Sequence record: NC_007623.1
Reading direction: 5' to 3' (one strand)
DNA length: 64,000 nucleotides
A program made the position numbers and the translations under genes. Positions 9,232-18,700 of this stretch are shown one piece after another (within the stretch, counting starts at the first letter, position 1; every line of letters starts with the position of its first letter). The notes under the pieces were generated by a model. It worked only from the letters and a program-made list of their open reading frames with translations, did not search any database and was not told where the DNA came from.

Positions 9232-9915
9232 TCAGTTCAACACAAACAAAGGACCCGGAACGGAAGGGAGTTCCTCTGCGACGGTGGCTGCTTCGGCTCT
9301 ATCCATAAGGGACCATATCGTTTCCAGTCCTTCCTGGATACGAGAAGTCACTTCATTGGACAAGTCAATGGTTTCTTGAGCGGTCAGAGAAAGCGTTACA
9401 CCTTCCTTGGTACGAATAGAAGCGGAGAAGGGTTTCTCCTCACGCAATGCTTCTTTCGCCTGGATACTCAAGGCCGTCAAATGGATTCGGTGGGTGGATT
9501 CGATCAAGAGGGTGTGGGCCGTCTCCCCGAATCGCACTTCCATGCCTGTGTAGAACGCCGCTGCAATCACATTCTGGATTTCATTCTTACGAATGTCCTT
9601 AGCGGATCGGAGGCGTTCTGCGACTTCCTCAGGGGTAAAATCCCGAGTGGTCCACTGCTGGGTCCAATACCCATCAATCTGTTTAGGGGGAAGTTCAACC
9701 GGTACATCCCCGGCGGGTGGCTGGGTCAATTGAACGACAGCCATCAGGAAGGGTTCTCCTTCCAAGGCACTGGCTTGTAGCTTACTGGGAATGGGCCAGT
9801 CAGGGAACTTCTTCCGAACATCCTCAATGTAAAGAGGATATTCCCCCGTACGCGTGTCAATCAAGGCGGTGCTTTCATACACCACAGTTACCCTATCCAT
9901 ACTCATTCTCCTCAT
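9232..9915 (-). CDS. tail fibre assembly/chaperone-like protein (DUF4376-like C-terminus)
   Basis: WTQQWTTRDFTPEEVAERLRSAKDIRKNEI and W-rich C-terminal pattern typical of fibre chaperones; located in the fibre cluster. Confidence 0.6.
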   Translation of the reverse strand: MRRMSMDRVTVVYESTALIDTRTGEYPLYIEDVRKKFPDWPIPSKLQASALEGEPFLMAVVQLTQPPAGDVPVELPPKQIDGYWTQQWTTRDFTPEEVAERLRSAKDIRKNEIQNVIAAAFYTGMEVRFGETAHTLLIESTHRIHLTALSIQAKEALREEKPFSASIRTKEGVTLSLTAQETIDLSNEVTSRIQEGLETIWSLMDRAEAATVAEELPSVPGPLFVLN

Positions 9916-11417
9916 TACGTGATTTTAATCCGATACCCTTGGGAACCGCCAAAGAGGTAGAGGGCTTGGTTGTAGTTCACCCCCCACGCACTCGTAGCAA
10001 CACCCGAGCCCAAACTTCCCAATAGCACCCACTTGTTCAACCGAGGTTCAAAATACTGAATTGGTTGATCATTAACACTCCCCGCAATCGCGTAGAGTTC
10101 TCCATTGTTCCCCAGTACAAAGGCTGCACCAACTGGGATACCAGGAAGAGTCACCGTTGTCCAGGTGTTCGTAGCCGGGTTATACTGGTACATCCCAGGG
10201 TTGTTCGCCCCCGCCACTACCCCACCAATAACACTCACCTTCCCTTGGTAAACCATTACCGTAAAGTCAGAACAATCTCCACTCTCAGCGAAGGCCTTAA
10301 GGACAGTGTGGGTATTGGCAACAGGATCGTACGCGATCAAGAAGCCTTTATTCGTGGTGGGTGTTCCTGACTGTACCCCGCAGATGTACACCTTCCCATT
10401 GAGATAAACCGCTCCACCTGTCAGCGGAGTCAGGGGCATATTAGGTAAACGGGTAACGATGTTCGTAGTGGGATTATACCCGTACGCATCATTCGCAGCG
10501 CCTCCTAGGAAGTAAAGAACATCCTTACCATCAGAAACCAGGATGGAGTTCTTCCGGGGGGGATTGGTAGGCCCTGTTGGACTCAGGGTTTCAAGTACCC
10601 GGGTTTCAAAGTTAACCCGACGGAACTCTTTGGTAGCGGTCTCTACCCCACCGTAGTAGTAAATATGGTTTCCATGGACACATCCCCGTCCGGTATTGAA
10701 TAACAATGAACCCGGCCAGTTATCCATCGCCTCACTCTGACCTTCAATAAACGGGTACGTCCCCTTGGCATACAGAATAGGGCGCCATCCCTGGGTAGGG
10801 ACTTCAGAATCACTGGCAGAGTACGTGACATTCCTAATGGTGTACCACCCCCGATACGCTTGAGTGGTACCGGGTTCATTACCCGTAATGTCTTTACCCC
10901 AGTTGGTATTCCCGTCAGTATTCCCACCACTGGCCGCTTGATTCATCCCCAGTTCTGCATCCGTGAACCGAGTGGGCCAGTTGAATCCATTGGGATCCGA
11001 TACATGGACGTTATACAACAACCGGTCCCATTCAGACGTTGCTGTATTGCCATCACTCCCCATGGTCAAGAGACCTACGGTGTAAATAACCCCCCGGTAC
11101 CGTAGCTCATAGCTCCCTGTCCGTAGACCGGCTTGGGTCAACAGAATACGCCGAACATTATTCCGGATCGGCATTTGAGGAATGTAACAGGTTTCATTGT
11201 GGTTCGAAAACTTCAACCACGGTTTGCCTTCATTGATCACTTTACCAAAGGCAATCCCAGTGAGTTTCGCTAAATCCTCGTAACCAAACAATTCCGTTGC
11301 AGGAGTAATCCCGTACCATCCTTGGGCAGGACTACCTGCTTTCAGTTTAGAAGGCCCCGGATAAGGATCGTCCGGAAAGGCATTCGCGGTCGATGTAAAG
11401 AGTAACGCTTCTATCAT
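9915..11417 (-). CDS. phiKZ gp131-family-like tail protein with C-terminal Kelch propeller
   Basis: N-terminal PGPSKLKAG...GWYG...ELF...KPWLKF...IPQMPIR pattern recalled from the gp131 family; 6 Kelch blades (IYYYGG, LYFLGG, VSVIGG, LYLFGG). Confidence 0.75.
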   Translation of the reverse strand: MIEALLFTSTANAFPDDPYPGPSKLKAGSPAQGWYGITPATELFGYEDLAKLTGIAFGKVINEGKPWLKFSNHNETCYIPQMPIRNNVRRILLTQAGLRTGSYELRYRGVIYTVGLLTMGSDGNTATSEWDRLLYNVHVSDPNGFNWPTRFTDAELGMNQAASGGNTDGNTNWGKDITGNEPGTTQAYRGWYTIRNVTYSASDSEVPTQGWRPILYAKGTYPFIEGQSEAMDNWPGSLLFNTGRGCVHGNHIYYYGGVETATKEFRRVNFETRVLETLSPTGPTNPPRKNSILVSDGKDVLYFLGGAANDAYGYNPTTNIVTRLPNMPLTPLTGGAVYLNGKVYICGVQSGTPTTNKGFLIAYDPVANTHTVLKAFAESGDCSDFTVMVYQGKVSVIGGVVAGANNPGMYQYNPATNTWTTVTLPGIPVGAAFVLGNNGELYAIAGSVNDQPIQYFEPRLNKWVLLGSLGSGVATSAWGVNYNQALYLFGGSQGYRIKIT

Positions 11418-11481
11418 GATGACTTATACCCCAAAAAGAATACCAGGGAGACCCCGTAGAGCCCCCCTGGTAGTCATACTG

Positions 11482-14400
11482 TTAAGGAACAACAGCCCCC
11501 AACGCACCAATCCATTTGGTTCCATTCCAGGTAAAGACGTAGACCAGTTCAGATCCACTGACGGATGGGGGAGTTCCGTTATGCCACACCAAGGGTGTTG
11601 CATCCTTACCAGCGAAGGTCACAACACCCGCTCCGCCGGTGACATTAACCGTCAGGACCATCCCACGTACCGGGGCTTTAGGTCCATCAGCAATCACCAT
11701 TTGCTTACCCCCCGCCGCGGTGTTATTGATCTGGATGTACTGATCCACCAACGGATTGATTTCCCCACTGGTCGTAAAGACCTTAATCGGCAAATCATAG
11801 CGGTCAAAGGTGAGATCCAACTCCTTCCATTCAGGAATATCCGTACCGGCACGGAAGACCCGAACGTACTGTTTACCATCCTTGGCTTGGAGGTCTTCAA
11901 TACCCTTCGGAAACTCAATAGCTTTCCATTCGGTACCGTCACCTTCTGCATTGACAGCCTGGGCGTAATACGACCCTGGAACCGCATTCGGTACGGGACC
12001 AATAGGGAGGGGGACCCAACGGTTACCCAACCGGACAACCCGGCCTTCAGACTCCATGGGGGAATTGACATCACCCGCCACCAAACGCCCCCACAGGACC
12101 CAACCCCGATCAACGGTCTTGTAGAACACATTGAAGGTCTCAGAGACTGCCCAGTCACCGACTCGACCACTGAAGGCATCCGAAGGTGCGTCTACACCCG
12201 GCGGCAACGTAAGCCACCGGCTGCCTTGCTCACCCTGAATACCGGGTTTCCCTTGAGGTCCGGGAGGACCGTCACCCCCGGTCTTACCGGTTTGACCGCG
12301 CCATTCACCGGTTTCACGCCAGGCGTTAGTCGACGTACTCCAGATGGCTAGGGTGTTGGACTCCGCCAGGTAATACGCATCCCCCGCAACCCCCGCAGGA
12401 ATAGCCGCTTGTAAAGCTGCCAGGTTCGCATAATCCCCTTTAATGGGTACCGTAGGACCTTCGGGGCCTTGTTCACCCCGTTCCCCGTTCTTACCCGGTT
12501 CACCCCGGAAATCAAACCCAGGACTCCACTCGCGCTCATCATTCACGAAATACGTTAAATGATTCTCCAGAACGAGGATAGCGTCACCTTGCTTATAACC
12601 ACCTGACGCAGGCAGTTCCGCCAAGGTGGGTACCACATCCACCATGTTCAACCCAGCACCGGGAGCGCCATCACTCCCTGGCATGGACACCGGACCCACG
12701 TTATCCCAACGAGTTCCGGTATTCACCCAGAGGTCTTTATTCAGGTCAACGTAGGCTTTACCTTGAGTTTCCTCGTTAATCGGAGGAGGATCGGCATCCG
12801 CAGGTGTCAGGACCTTAATGATGTCCAAGGACTTACCATTCAGGCCATCCTTACCGTCCTCACCATCCTTCCCTTTAAAGACACCCAGATTCGCCCATGC
12901 ATTCGAAATGAATCCATAGATCGCGTTTTCATCACGAACAGCATAGACCCATTGATCTTCAGGATTCGCAGGAAGATCCGCTACTGTGTCAACCACACCC
13001 CGAAGAACAATGTTGGTACCGTCACGACCATGGAGGCTGGCTAGGAACTCCTCTTCACTGCCGGTGTTCCCTTTGGAAATCCAGAGTTCGTACGTGGACT
13101 GGCCATTGATACCATCTTCCCCTTTAAAGGGACCCAGGTCCAACCAGGTCGAACTCGCTGCACTCCATACGTACAACCGAAGGGTGTCTCGTGTCACATA
13201 CCCATCTTGGTTAGCCGGAGGGTTGGGTAAGTTGTCCAGATCAACACGAGTCCCTACAGTCCCCAAGACATTCAGGTTCTCACCGGGTTCGCCTTTCATG
13301 GCCGCCCAGTAATCATCTTCCGTCTTACCTTGGTTCTCGGGTTTATTCAACCAGACCTGAACACTGTTCAGACCACCCGGTCCTGCATCACCCTTTTCCC
13401 CTTTAAACCCCCCCAGCTTCCGCCACGCGCTGTTCAGGTAGATGTACAGGGTATTCTCATCCTGAACCGAATAAACATCCTGTTCTACACCGGGGTTGGG
13501 GAGGTCATCTATGGTCGCTACGGTGTCTTTAACGATCAAATTACGACCGTCAACACCGTTTCTACCATCTTCTCCCTTGAATTGACCCAGAATTACCCAG
13601 TTATTCTCAATCCACATACGGACTGTATTGTCCGCACGAACCGACCAGGCATCCTGTTCAACCGCGTTACTCGGGAGTTCACTGGCCAGGTCTACCGCCC
13701 CTTTCACCACGATACTCTTACCGTCGGTACCGTCCTTACCGTCCTTGCCCTTATACTGACCGACATCAACCCAATCCGTACGGTCTGCAATGTAGATCCA
13801 CAGGTGGCCCGTATCCAACGTCACCCAGCCATGTTGATCAACCGGGTCTTTAGCATTCAGCGCATTACGGTCAGCCACCGTTCCCTGTACCTGAAGGTTA
13901 GCCCCGCGTTCACCCCGAATGGCTTCCTGCCACTCTGTAATGGTTTTGTTCTCGTTACCGGGAATCTTCTTCCAGGTTTCGAACGCATCATCTCCCTGAG
14001 CACCTTTATCTCCTCGTTGGGAAGCCAGGAATTCCTGAAGGGTCTTTTCTTCATTCCCAGGAATCTCTTTCCACAGCTCGAAGGTACTCTTGCCGTCAGG
14101 ACCTCGAATGTTCAAACTTTCCCAGACAAACTCACCCGCTGTTTTACCCGGAACCAGAACATGGATATCATTCCGCCACAGGTAGGCATCTCCGGGTTTA
14201 TTCCCTTCAGGCAGTGGGAGATCGAGGTTGTCAGGCCAAACGCCCAACAGGTTAATCCCCCGTTCCCCTTGCAAGGAACCCGAAGACGCCCATTCGTTAC
14301 CGTTCCATACCCGTAGGGCAAAGTTAACGAAGTACGCGGTACCGATCGGAAGCTCTTGGGTATCAATAGCTTCCAGTTCAGCTTCCGAATTGAGTTTACC

Positions 14401-14622
14401 TTTAAGAACAACCCCTTGAGTTGAGAGGGATTCTAGACTCTCCTTCAACCACCGGGTACGCGCATCCAACACCCGAGCTTGGAAGTTAGCCGCACCCTCG
14501 CCGTTGTCTCCCCCGCGAACTCGTACGTCAGTCACCAAAGCCGGGAGGTGTTCTTCCCATCGAGACTCCTCGACAATCGCTGGTAGTTCACCCGGTGTTA
14601 CTGTTTCATCGCCAATAGCCAT
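11482..14622 (-). CDS. long tail fibre with collagen-like linkers and repeated bead domains (1046 aa)
   Basis: Fibre-type N-terminus (AANFQARVLDARTRWLK); about 10 repeats of roughly 55-65 aa separated by Gly-X-Y runs. Confidence 0.85.
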   Translation of the reverse strand: MAIGDETVTPGELPAIVEESRWEEHLPALVTDVRVRGGDNGEGAANFQARVLDARTRWLKESLESLSTQGVVLKGKLNSEAELEAIDTQELPIGTAYFVNFALRVWNGNEWASSGSLQGERGINLLGVWPDNLDLPLPEGNKPGDAYLWRNDIHVLVPGKTAGEFVWESLNIRGPDGKSTFELWKEIPGNEEKTLQEFLASQRGDKGAQGDDAFETWKKIPGNENKTITEWQEAIRGERGANLQVQGTVADRNALNAKDPVDQHGWVTLDTGHLWIYIADRTDWVDVGQYKGKDGKDGTDGKSIVVKGAVDLASELPSNAVEQDAWSVRADNTVRMWIENNWVILGQFKGEDGRNGVDGRNLIVKDTVATIDDLPNPGVEQDVYSVQDENTLYIYLNSAWRKLGGFKGEKGDAGPGGLNSVQVWLNKPENQGKTEDDYWAAMKGEPGENLNVLGTVGTRVDLDNLPNPPANQDGYVTRDTLRLYVWSAASSTWLDLGPFKGEDGINGQSTYELWISKGNTGSEEEFLASLHGRDGTNIVLRGVVDTVADLPANPEDQWVYAVRDENAIYGFISNAWANLGVFKGKDGEDGKDGLNGKSLDIIKVLTPADADPPPINEETQGKAYVDLNKDLWVNTGTRWDNVGPVSMPGSDGAPGAGLNMVDVVPTLAELPASGGYKQGDAILVLENHLTYFVNDEREWSPGFDFRGEPGKNGERGEQGPEGPTVPIKGDYANLAALQAAIPAGVAGDAYYLAESNTLAIWSTSTNAWRETGEWRGQTGKTGGDGPPGPQGKPGIQGEQGSRWLTLPPGVDAPSDAFSGRVGDWAVSETFNVFYKTVDRGWVLWGRLVAGDVNSPMESEGRVVRLGNRWVPLPIGPVPNAVPGSYYAQAVNAEGDGTEWKAIEFPKGIEDLQAKDGKQYVRVFRAGTDIPEWKELDLTFDRYDLPIKVFTTSGEINPLVDQYIQINNTAAGGKQMVIADGPKAPVRGMVLTVNVTGGAGVVTFAGKDATPLVWHNGTPPSVSGSELVYVFTWNGTKWIGALGAVVP

Positions 14623-14639
14623 TTAAGAAATTCCTCTGA

Positions 14640-16082
14640 TTAAGGGGTAAAAACAAGATGGGTGTTCAATTGACCCACCCGCACGGTGGTCGTTTGAGCG
14701 ACCCCTTTCTTCAACACAATCACGACCCGGAGTTTCAAGGTCTTAGGTGCGCTGGCCAATTCAAGGATTTGGGTATCGAAGATTCCCGAGAGATCCCCTT
14801 GACGCAGAGGGTAATTCAGTTCAGTGTTCTGACCCGAGCGCACAGTTTGGACTTGATCGTTCTGGTAGGTTACTTCCAGTTCCAACCCTACTTGCAAGAC
14901 TGCTTCCGCATCGGTTTGAATCGCCCAACGACCCTGAGCTACCAATTTCATCCCTACGGTCAGGTTTGTAATAGGGAGATCCTGTTCCATTCCCAGGGTC
15001 GGTTGATCACCGGTAGGCGTGCCCGTAAAGGACATTACCTGGTATTCACCCCCCGAAGGGTTGGTTTCCTTGGTAATAGCGACGGTCAAACCGATCAGTC
15101 GATTACCCCCAATACCGGTATTCGAGGCGATCTCAACCGTGGTAATGGTAGCACCTCCCGAATCCCCAGCACTACCATCATTACCGATCAACAAAGGGTT
15201 GGGGTTAATGCTCCCGAAGAAGTGGGCGGTCTCCGGCGGTGTCGTGCTGAACGGGATGTAACTGGTTGGCAAGGTAATGGTATTCTTGAACAGCTTGCTC
15301 ACCGCAGTGGCGACATGGTTACCGATGATCTCGGCTCCTTTGGGGCTTGGGTGTACACCGTCCCCCAGCATGCCCGCCAGCGGCTTATTGACATTACCCG
15401 GCTCTACCATGTCATCCCAGGGGTTAACCACGATAACACCCCGTTTAGGCAGCTCAGAGAGCATCCACAGGTGCACTTGGTAATGAATAGCCAATTGTTC
15501 ATCACTGAGCCCAATAGCGGCTTGTTCTACCGGGGTTTCAGCGATCACAATGACGGTTTTGCCATTGGCCAGCAATGTGGCGTAAATCTCGGAGAGGTTA
15601 TTGATCGTTTCATTGAACGTCTGGTTACGCAGACGGTCATTCCCCGAACCCAAATGGATAATGACATCGAACTTATCCAAGGAAGCCAGGAGTTGGGGAA
15701 GACGTTGGGCTTGTTGGGAGGTAGTATTCCCATCGACACCGGCGTTCATGGCATCCGGGAAGGCTACGGCTCCCTCGGTCTTCGCACTGGTCCAGAAGGC
15801 CAGACCAACGTTACCTTTCACGCACTGGTAAGCCCGGCTATCACCGTATACCACGATATTGCGGTTAAACGGCAACCGGTCATTACTTACCGCATTGACT
15901 TTGGTGGTCAGGGTATTCACTTCTTCTTTCAAATAACGGGTACGAGCGTCCAGCACACGTGCTTGCTTGTTCGCATTGCCGGTGCCTTCTTCGGTGGCTT
16001 CAACCTTGTCATCCGGCATCAGAGCCAGCAAAGGTTCAACCCATCCCGGTTGTTCATTAATCACTACGGGATTGTCAGCCAT
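14640..16082 (-). CDS. tail spike/fibre with SGNH/GDSL esterase domain
   Basis: Same N-terminal anchor as the fibre; SGNH blocks YGDS, NAGVDG, GSGND, DGVHP all present. Confidence 0.85.
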   Translation of the reverse strand: MADNPVVINEQPGWVEPLLALMPDDKVEATEEGTGNANKQARVLDARTRYLKEEVNTLTTKVNAVSNDRLPFNRNIVVYGDSRAYQCVKGNVGLAFWTSAKTEGAVAFPDAMNAGVDGNTTSQQAQRLPQLLASLDKFDVIIHLGSGNDRLRNQTFNETINNLSEIYATLLANGKTVIVIAETPVEQAAIGLSDEQLAIHYQVHLWMLSELPKRGVIVVNPWDDMVEPGNVNKPLAGMLGDGVHPSPKGAEIIGNHVATAVSKLFKNTITLPTSYIPFSTTPPETAHFFGSINPNPLLIGNDGSAGDSGGATITTVEIASNTGIGGNRLIGLTVAITKETNPSGGEYQVMSFTGTPTGDQPTLGMEQDLPITNLTVGMKLVAQGRWAIQTDAEAVLQVGLELEVTYQNDQVQTVRSGQNTELNYPLRQGDLSGIFDTQILELASAPKTLKLRVVIVLKKGVAQTTTVRVGQLNTHLVFTP

Positions 16083-16097
16083 GAGAATAAGTCCTGT

Positions 16098-16691
16098 TTA
16101 ATACGTGAGGGTGCCGTCGTAACGGAATTGTCCGTTAAAACGAGGAATGGCGTCGTAATGGCTTTCTACGACAGCGAGAGTACCGGTAACGGTGTTGGAA
16201 TCAATGATAGCCTGAGTGAACTCCCCGTCGAGGGTAATTTCATCATCCGTCAAGTCGTAGTAGCATTTGGCTTTGATCAGGGCTTTAATGTGTTCAGGGT
16301 TACGACTCCCTTTGAACACCAATACCGCACCTTCAATGATATCTTCGTCTCGTTTGACTTGGTAAATACCTTCCACCCCCTGGGTTTGTAAAACGTCCCA
16401 ATCAACCGGATCAGGGGTTTCCAGCATGGAGACCTTATTCTTCACATAATCCGCTGGGAGGTACCGTTGGTTCTTACCGGTCAGTTTACCTTCGGAATCG
16501 ATGTTGACCACCCGAGCAAATTCACCACCTTCTACCTCAACTTTCCTGAGGTCAGAGAGGGTAGTATTGTCCAGGGTGAGTTGTTCTAATACACTAACAA
16601 TGTTCGGTTCATCGGAATAACGTTCTTTATTAAAAGCGATGAACCGTTCCAGAAACAGTAGATCGTTTGGAAAGGCCATGGGCGTGTCCAC
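16098..16691 (-). CDS. probable tail-associated protein, paralogue of 3782..4411
   Basis: First gene of the minus-strand fibre operon; shared N-terminal pattern; start may be 16679. Confidence 0.7.
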   Translation of the reverse strand: MDTPMAFPNDLLFLERFIAFNKERYSDEPNIVSVLEQLTLDNTTLSDLRKVEVEGGEFARVVNIDSEGKLTGKNQRYLPADYVKNKVSMLETPDPVDWDVLQTQGVEGIYQVKRDEDIIEGAVLVFKGSRNPEHIKALIKAKCYYDLTDDEITLDGEFTQAIIDSNTVTGTLAVVESHYDAIPRFNGQFRYDGTLTY

Positions 16692-16795
16692 AGAAGTAGA
16701 TAGAGGGTTCGGTCATTAGACCATAAAATTGGTAAATAAAATAGTACCCAAACCCATATTCTTCACTTACCTGGTTATTTAACTTGAGGTTCTTT

Positions 16796-16818
16796 TCAAA
16801 CCTACATAATCAGGGTGA
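16796..16818 (+). promoter_or_regulatory. variant early-promoter motif
   Basis: tcaaaccTACATAATcagggtga. Confidence 0.55.
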
Positions 16819-16859
16819 AGCACAGACAGAGACCGTTTAACGGTCAAGGAGCCTTGTCA

Positions 16860-17036
16860 ATGAATACCCATCAGGCCAAACAGGGGTTAGCCCAGCGTGT
16901 TGAAACCCTGCGTCAAAAAGCTCGTCGTTATGCCCGTCAGGCGATGTGTTCCCTAGAACCGTCTTACCGGCAACATTACCGTCAACTGAGCTACGAAGCC
17001 AGCCGTATGGCAGATCGCCTTCAACGTCAACTGTGA
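16860..17036 (+). CDS. small basic helical protein (58 aa)
   Basis: AAGGAG RBS before ATG 16860. Confidence 0.7.
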   Translation: MNTHQAKQGLAQRVETLRQKARRYARQAMCSLEPSYRQHYRQLSYEASRMADRLQRQL

Positions 17037-17074
17037 TTGGTGTTTACCCCCCTTCCCCCACACACAGGTGTGAG

Positions 17075-17305
17075 ATGAGCAACGTTATCGATATGTTCAG
17101 CTGGCGGGACTCGAAGAATAAGCGTTCGAGTCAGTTCTCAGTGCTTCATCGTGAAATCGAAGCACTGTACGTCATTCAGAACCGCGCGCTTCAGGAGATC
17201 GCTTCAGCGGATACGGTCTTGGCGTATGAACAAGCTAAACTCTTCCTGATGGATGTCAGGATTGAAATCTACACCAAGACCATTGCGTTGAGTCAGTGTA
17301 TCTAA
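17075..17305 (+). CDS. small hypothetical protein (76 aa)
   Basis: AGGTG RBS before ATG 17075, in frame with track ORF 16946..17305. Confidence 0.65.
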   Translation: MSNVIDMFSWRDSKNKRSSQFSVLHREIEALYVIQNRALQEIASADTVLAYEQAKLFLMDVRIEIYTKTIALSQCI

Positions 17306-17328
17306 GGACATTTAACGTCCAGTGGTAA

Positions 17329-17351
17329 TCAAGTCTATATTACTTGGGTGA
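17329..17351 (+). promoter_or_regulatory. phage early promoter
   Basis: tcaagtcTATATTACttgggtga; exact 23-nt duplicate at 59309. Confidence 0.8.
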
Positions 17352-17391
17352 TTAGGTACACAACATTCATTCCTTTTTAGAGGTTTACACC

Positions 17392-17871
17392 ATGGCTAAA
17401 CAGTCGAACTTCACCATCGCTAACTACAACGCCGTCCTGGAAGCTGTTAAAGCCAACAACGGTTACGTGATCGACACCCACGGTGGTAGCCGTGGACCTT
17501 ATCGTGCTGCTGGTATCGCCGCACTGGTGAAGGACGAAAGGGTTACCCCGGTGCTGCTGTGCCATGGTTCCTACTTCTGCCTGAACTCGCTGCACAAGGA
17601 AGCCGATGGTTCGGTGACCCTCTCCAGCTGGTCGGTCGGTGTTACCATCTTCACCCACCAACACGGTGGGCTGGAAGAAGCGATCCAAGCCTACAACAAG
17701 GAGCAATCCGAGTGGGCGTTGTCGGGTGGTCAACTGATGCATGTACGCATCTTCGACTACACCGACGAAACCGCACCTGTGTTCGGCGAGCCAGTTGATC
17801 TGGCAGGCGAAGTCGTGGGTGCGCTGGCAGCACAAGAGCCGATCGCCAAGGTCGACATCCCTGCTCAATAA
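17392..17871 (+). CDS. early hypothetical protein (159 aa)
   Basis: GAGG RBS; C/G-ending codons; directly behind the early promoter. Confidence 0.85.
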   Translation: MAKQSNFTIANYNAVLEAVKANNGYVIDTHGGSRGPYRAAGIAALVKDERVTPVLLCHGSYFCLNSLHKEADGSVTLSSWSVGVTIFTHQHGGLEEAIQAYNKEQSEWALSGGQLMHVRIFDYTDETAPVFGEPVDLAGEVVGALAAQEPIAKVDIPAQ

Positions 17872-17916
17872 CGAGCAGTTTTCTGTACGTAATCTGACTT
17901 CATTAGGAGCAATGCC

Positions 17917-18324
17917 ATGAGTAATGTAATGCACGTTAGCACCATCGCCGGTCGTACCGCCCTGACGGTGATCACACCCGACGACCTGCCGGTTACCAAC
18001 TGGATGGAAAATGTGCTTGCTGCACAGATCCAGAAAGTGGTTGACGAAGGTAAGGGTTGGCCCAACGACGCCGAGTTCAAGGTGGAGGTTACCTACCACA
18101 CTTGGCCACAGGGTTGGGACCGGGAAGTGTACACGCACTTCTTTACCAACCGCGCCGAGCTGGACTCCTACATCAAGGACCAGCACGAGTGGGCCCGTTG
18201 TGAGGACAACATGGTGAAGATCAAGATCTACAACTGGGACCTCGGTCCGAACTTCATGGAAACTCGTGAGTTCGGTGGTCCTGAGTTGTGGAACAGCCCT
18301 CTGAGCCGTCCTTACTTGACGTAA
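17917..18324 (+). CDS. early hypothetical protein (135 aa)
   Basis: AGGAG RBS; C/G-ending codons. Confidence 0.85.
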   Translation: MSNVMHVSTIAGRTALTVITPDDLPVTNWMENVLAAQIQKVVDEGKGWPNDAEFKVEVTYHTWPQGWDREVYTHFFTNRAELDSYIKDQHEWARCEDNMVKIKIYNWDLGPNFMETREFGGPELWNSPLSRPYLT

Positions 18325-18332
18325 GGCTAGCG

Positions 18333-18377
18333 CTACCTCCCTGCCAGTGGCAGGGAGGTAGTACTCCTTTTATTTTT
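18333..18377 (+). terminator. intrinsic terminator
   Basis: 13-bp stem CTACCTCCCTGCC-agt-GGCAGGGAGGTAG followed by a T-rich tract. Confidence 0.85.
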
Positions 18378-18424
18378 TGCTTCATTTCCATTTTTATAGT
18401 TCACTCAACACAACGAGCAAAGTA

Positions 18425-18565
18425 ATGCCTGACACTAACAACGGTCCTGTGGAAATAAAGATGGAACGTGTGCAGTTCAAAAGAATAAAAGTAAGGGGTC
18501 TTCGTAAATTCTGGTTACTCATCAAACGCTTACTGAGTAAGGACACCGATTATAAGAACACTTGA
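18425..18565 (+). CDS. small basic peptide (46 aa)
   Basis: In-frame ATG 18425 in track ORF; weak RBS. Confidence 0.4.
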   Translation: MPDTNNGPVEIKMERVQFKRIKVRGLRKFWLLIKRLLSKDTDYKNT

Positions 18566-18617
18566 CGAACGCATGGCTAAGTCAATGGAACTAAGGGTAA
18601 TTAACTTCTAGTTGTAA

Positions 18618-18640
18618 TCAGGTCTATATTACCTTTGTGT
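18618..18640 (+). promoter_or_regulatory. phage early promoter
   Basis: tcaggtcTATATTACctttgtgt. Confidence 0.75.
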
Positions 18641-18700
18641 ATATTAAGGCGTGGTTGCCTTCCTATTTTTAAGACCGAATAAACACAAAGGATGTTATCT

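Noticed and set aside
11482-14622. Fibre repeats as a CRISPR array or DNA tandem repeat
   Set aside because: The repeats are protein-level and diverged in DNA; there are no identical repeat-spacer units
14658-16391. 577-aa plus-strand ORF
   Set aside because: It is the antisense shadow of the SGNH spike and its neighbour; no RBS or motifs; long open shadows are expected from codon bias
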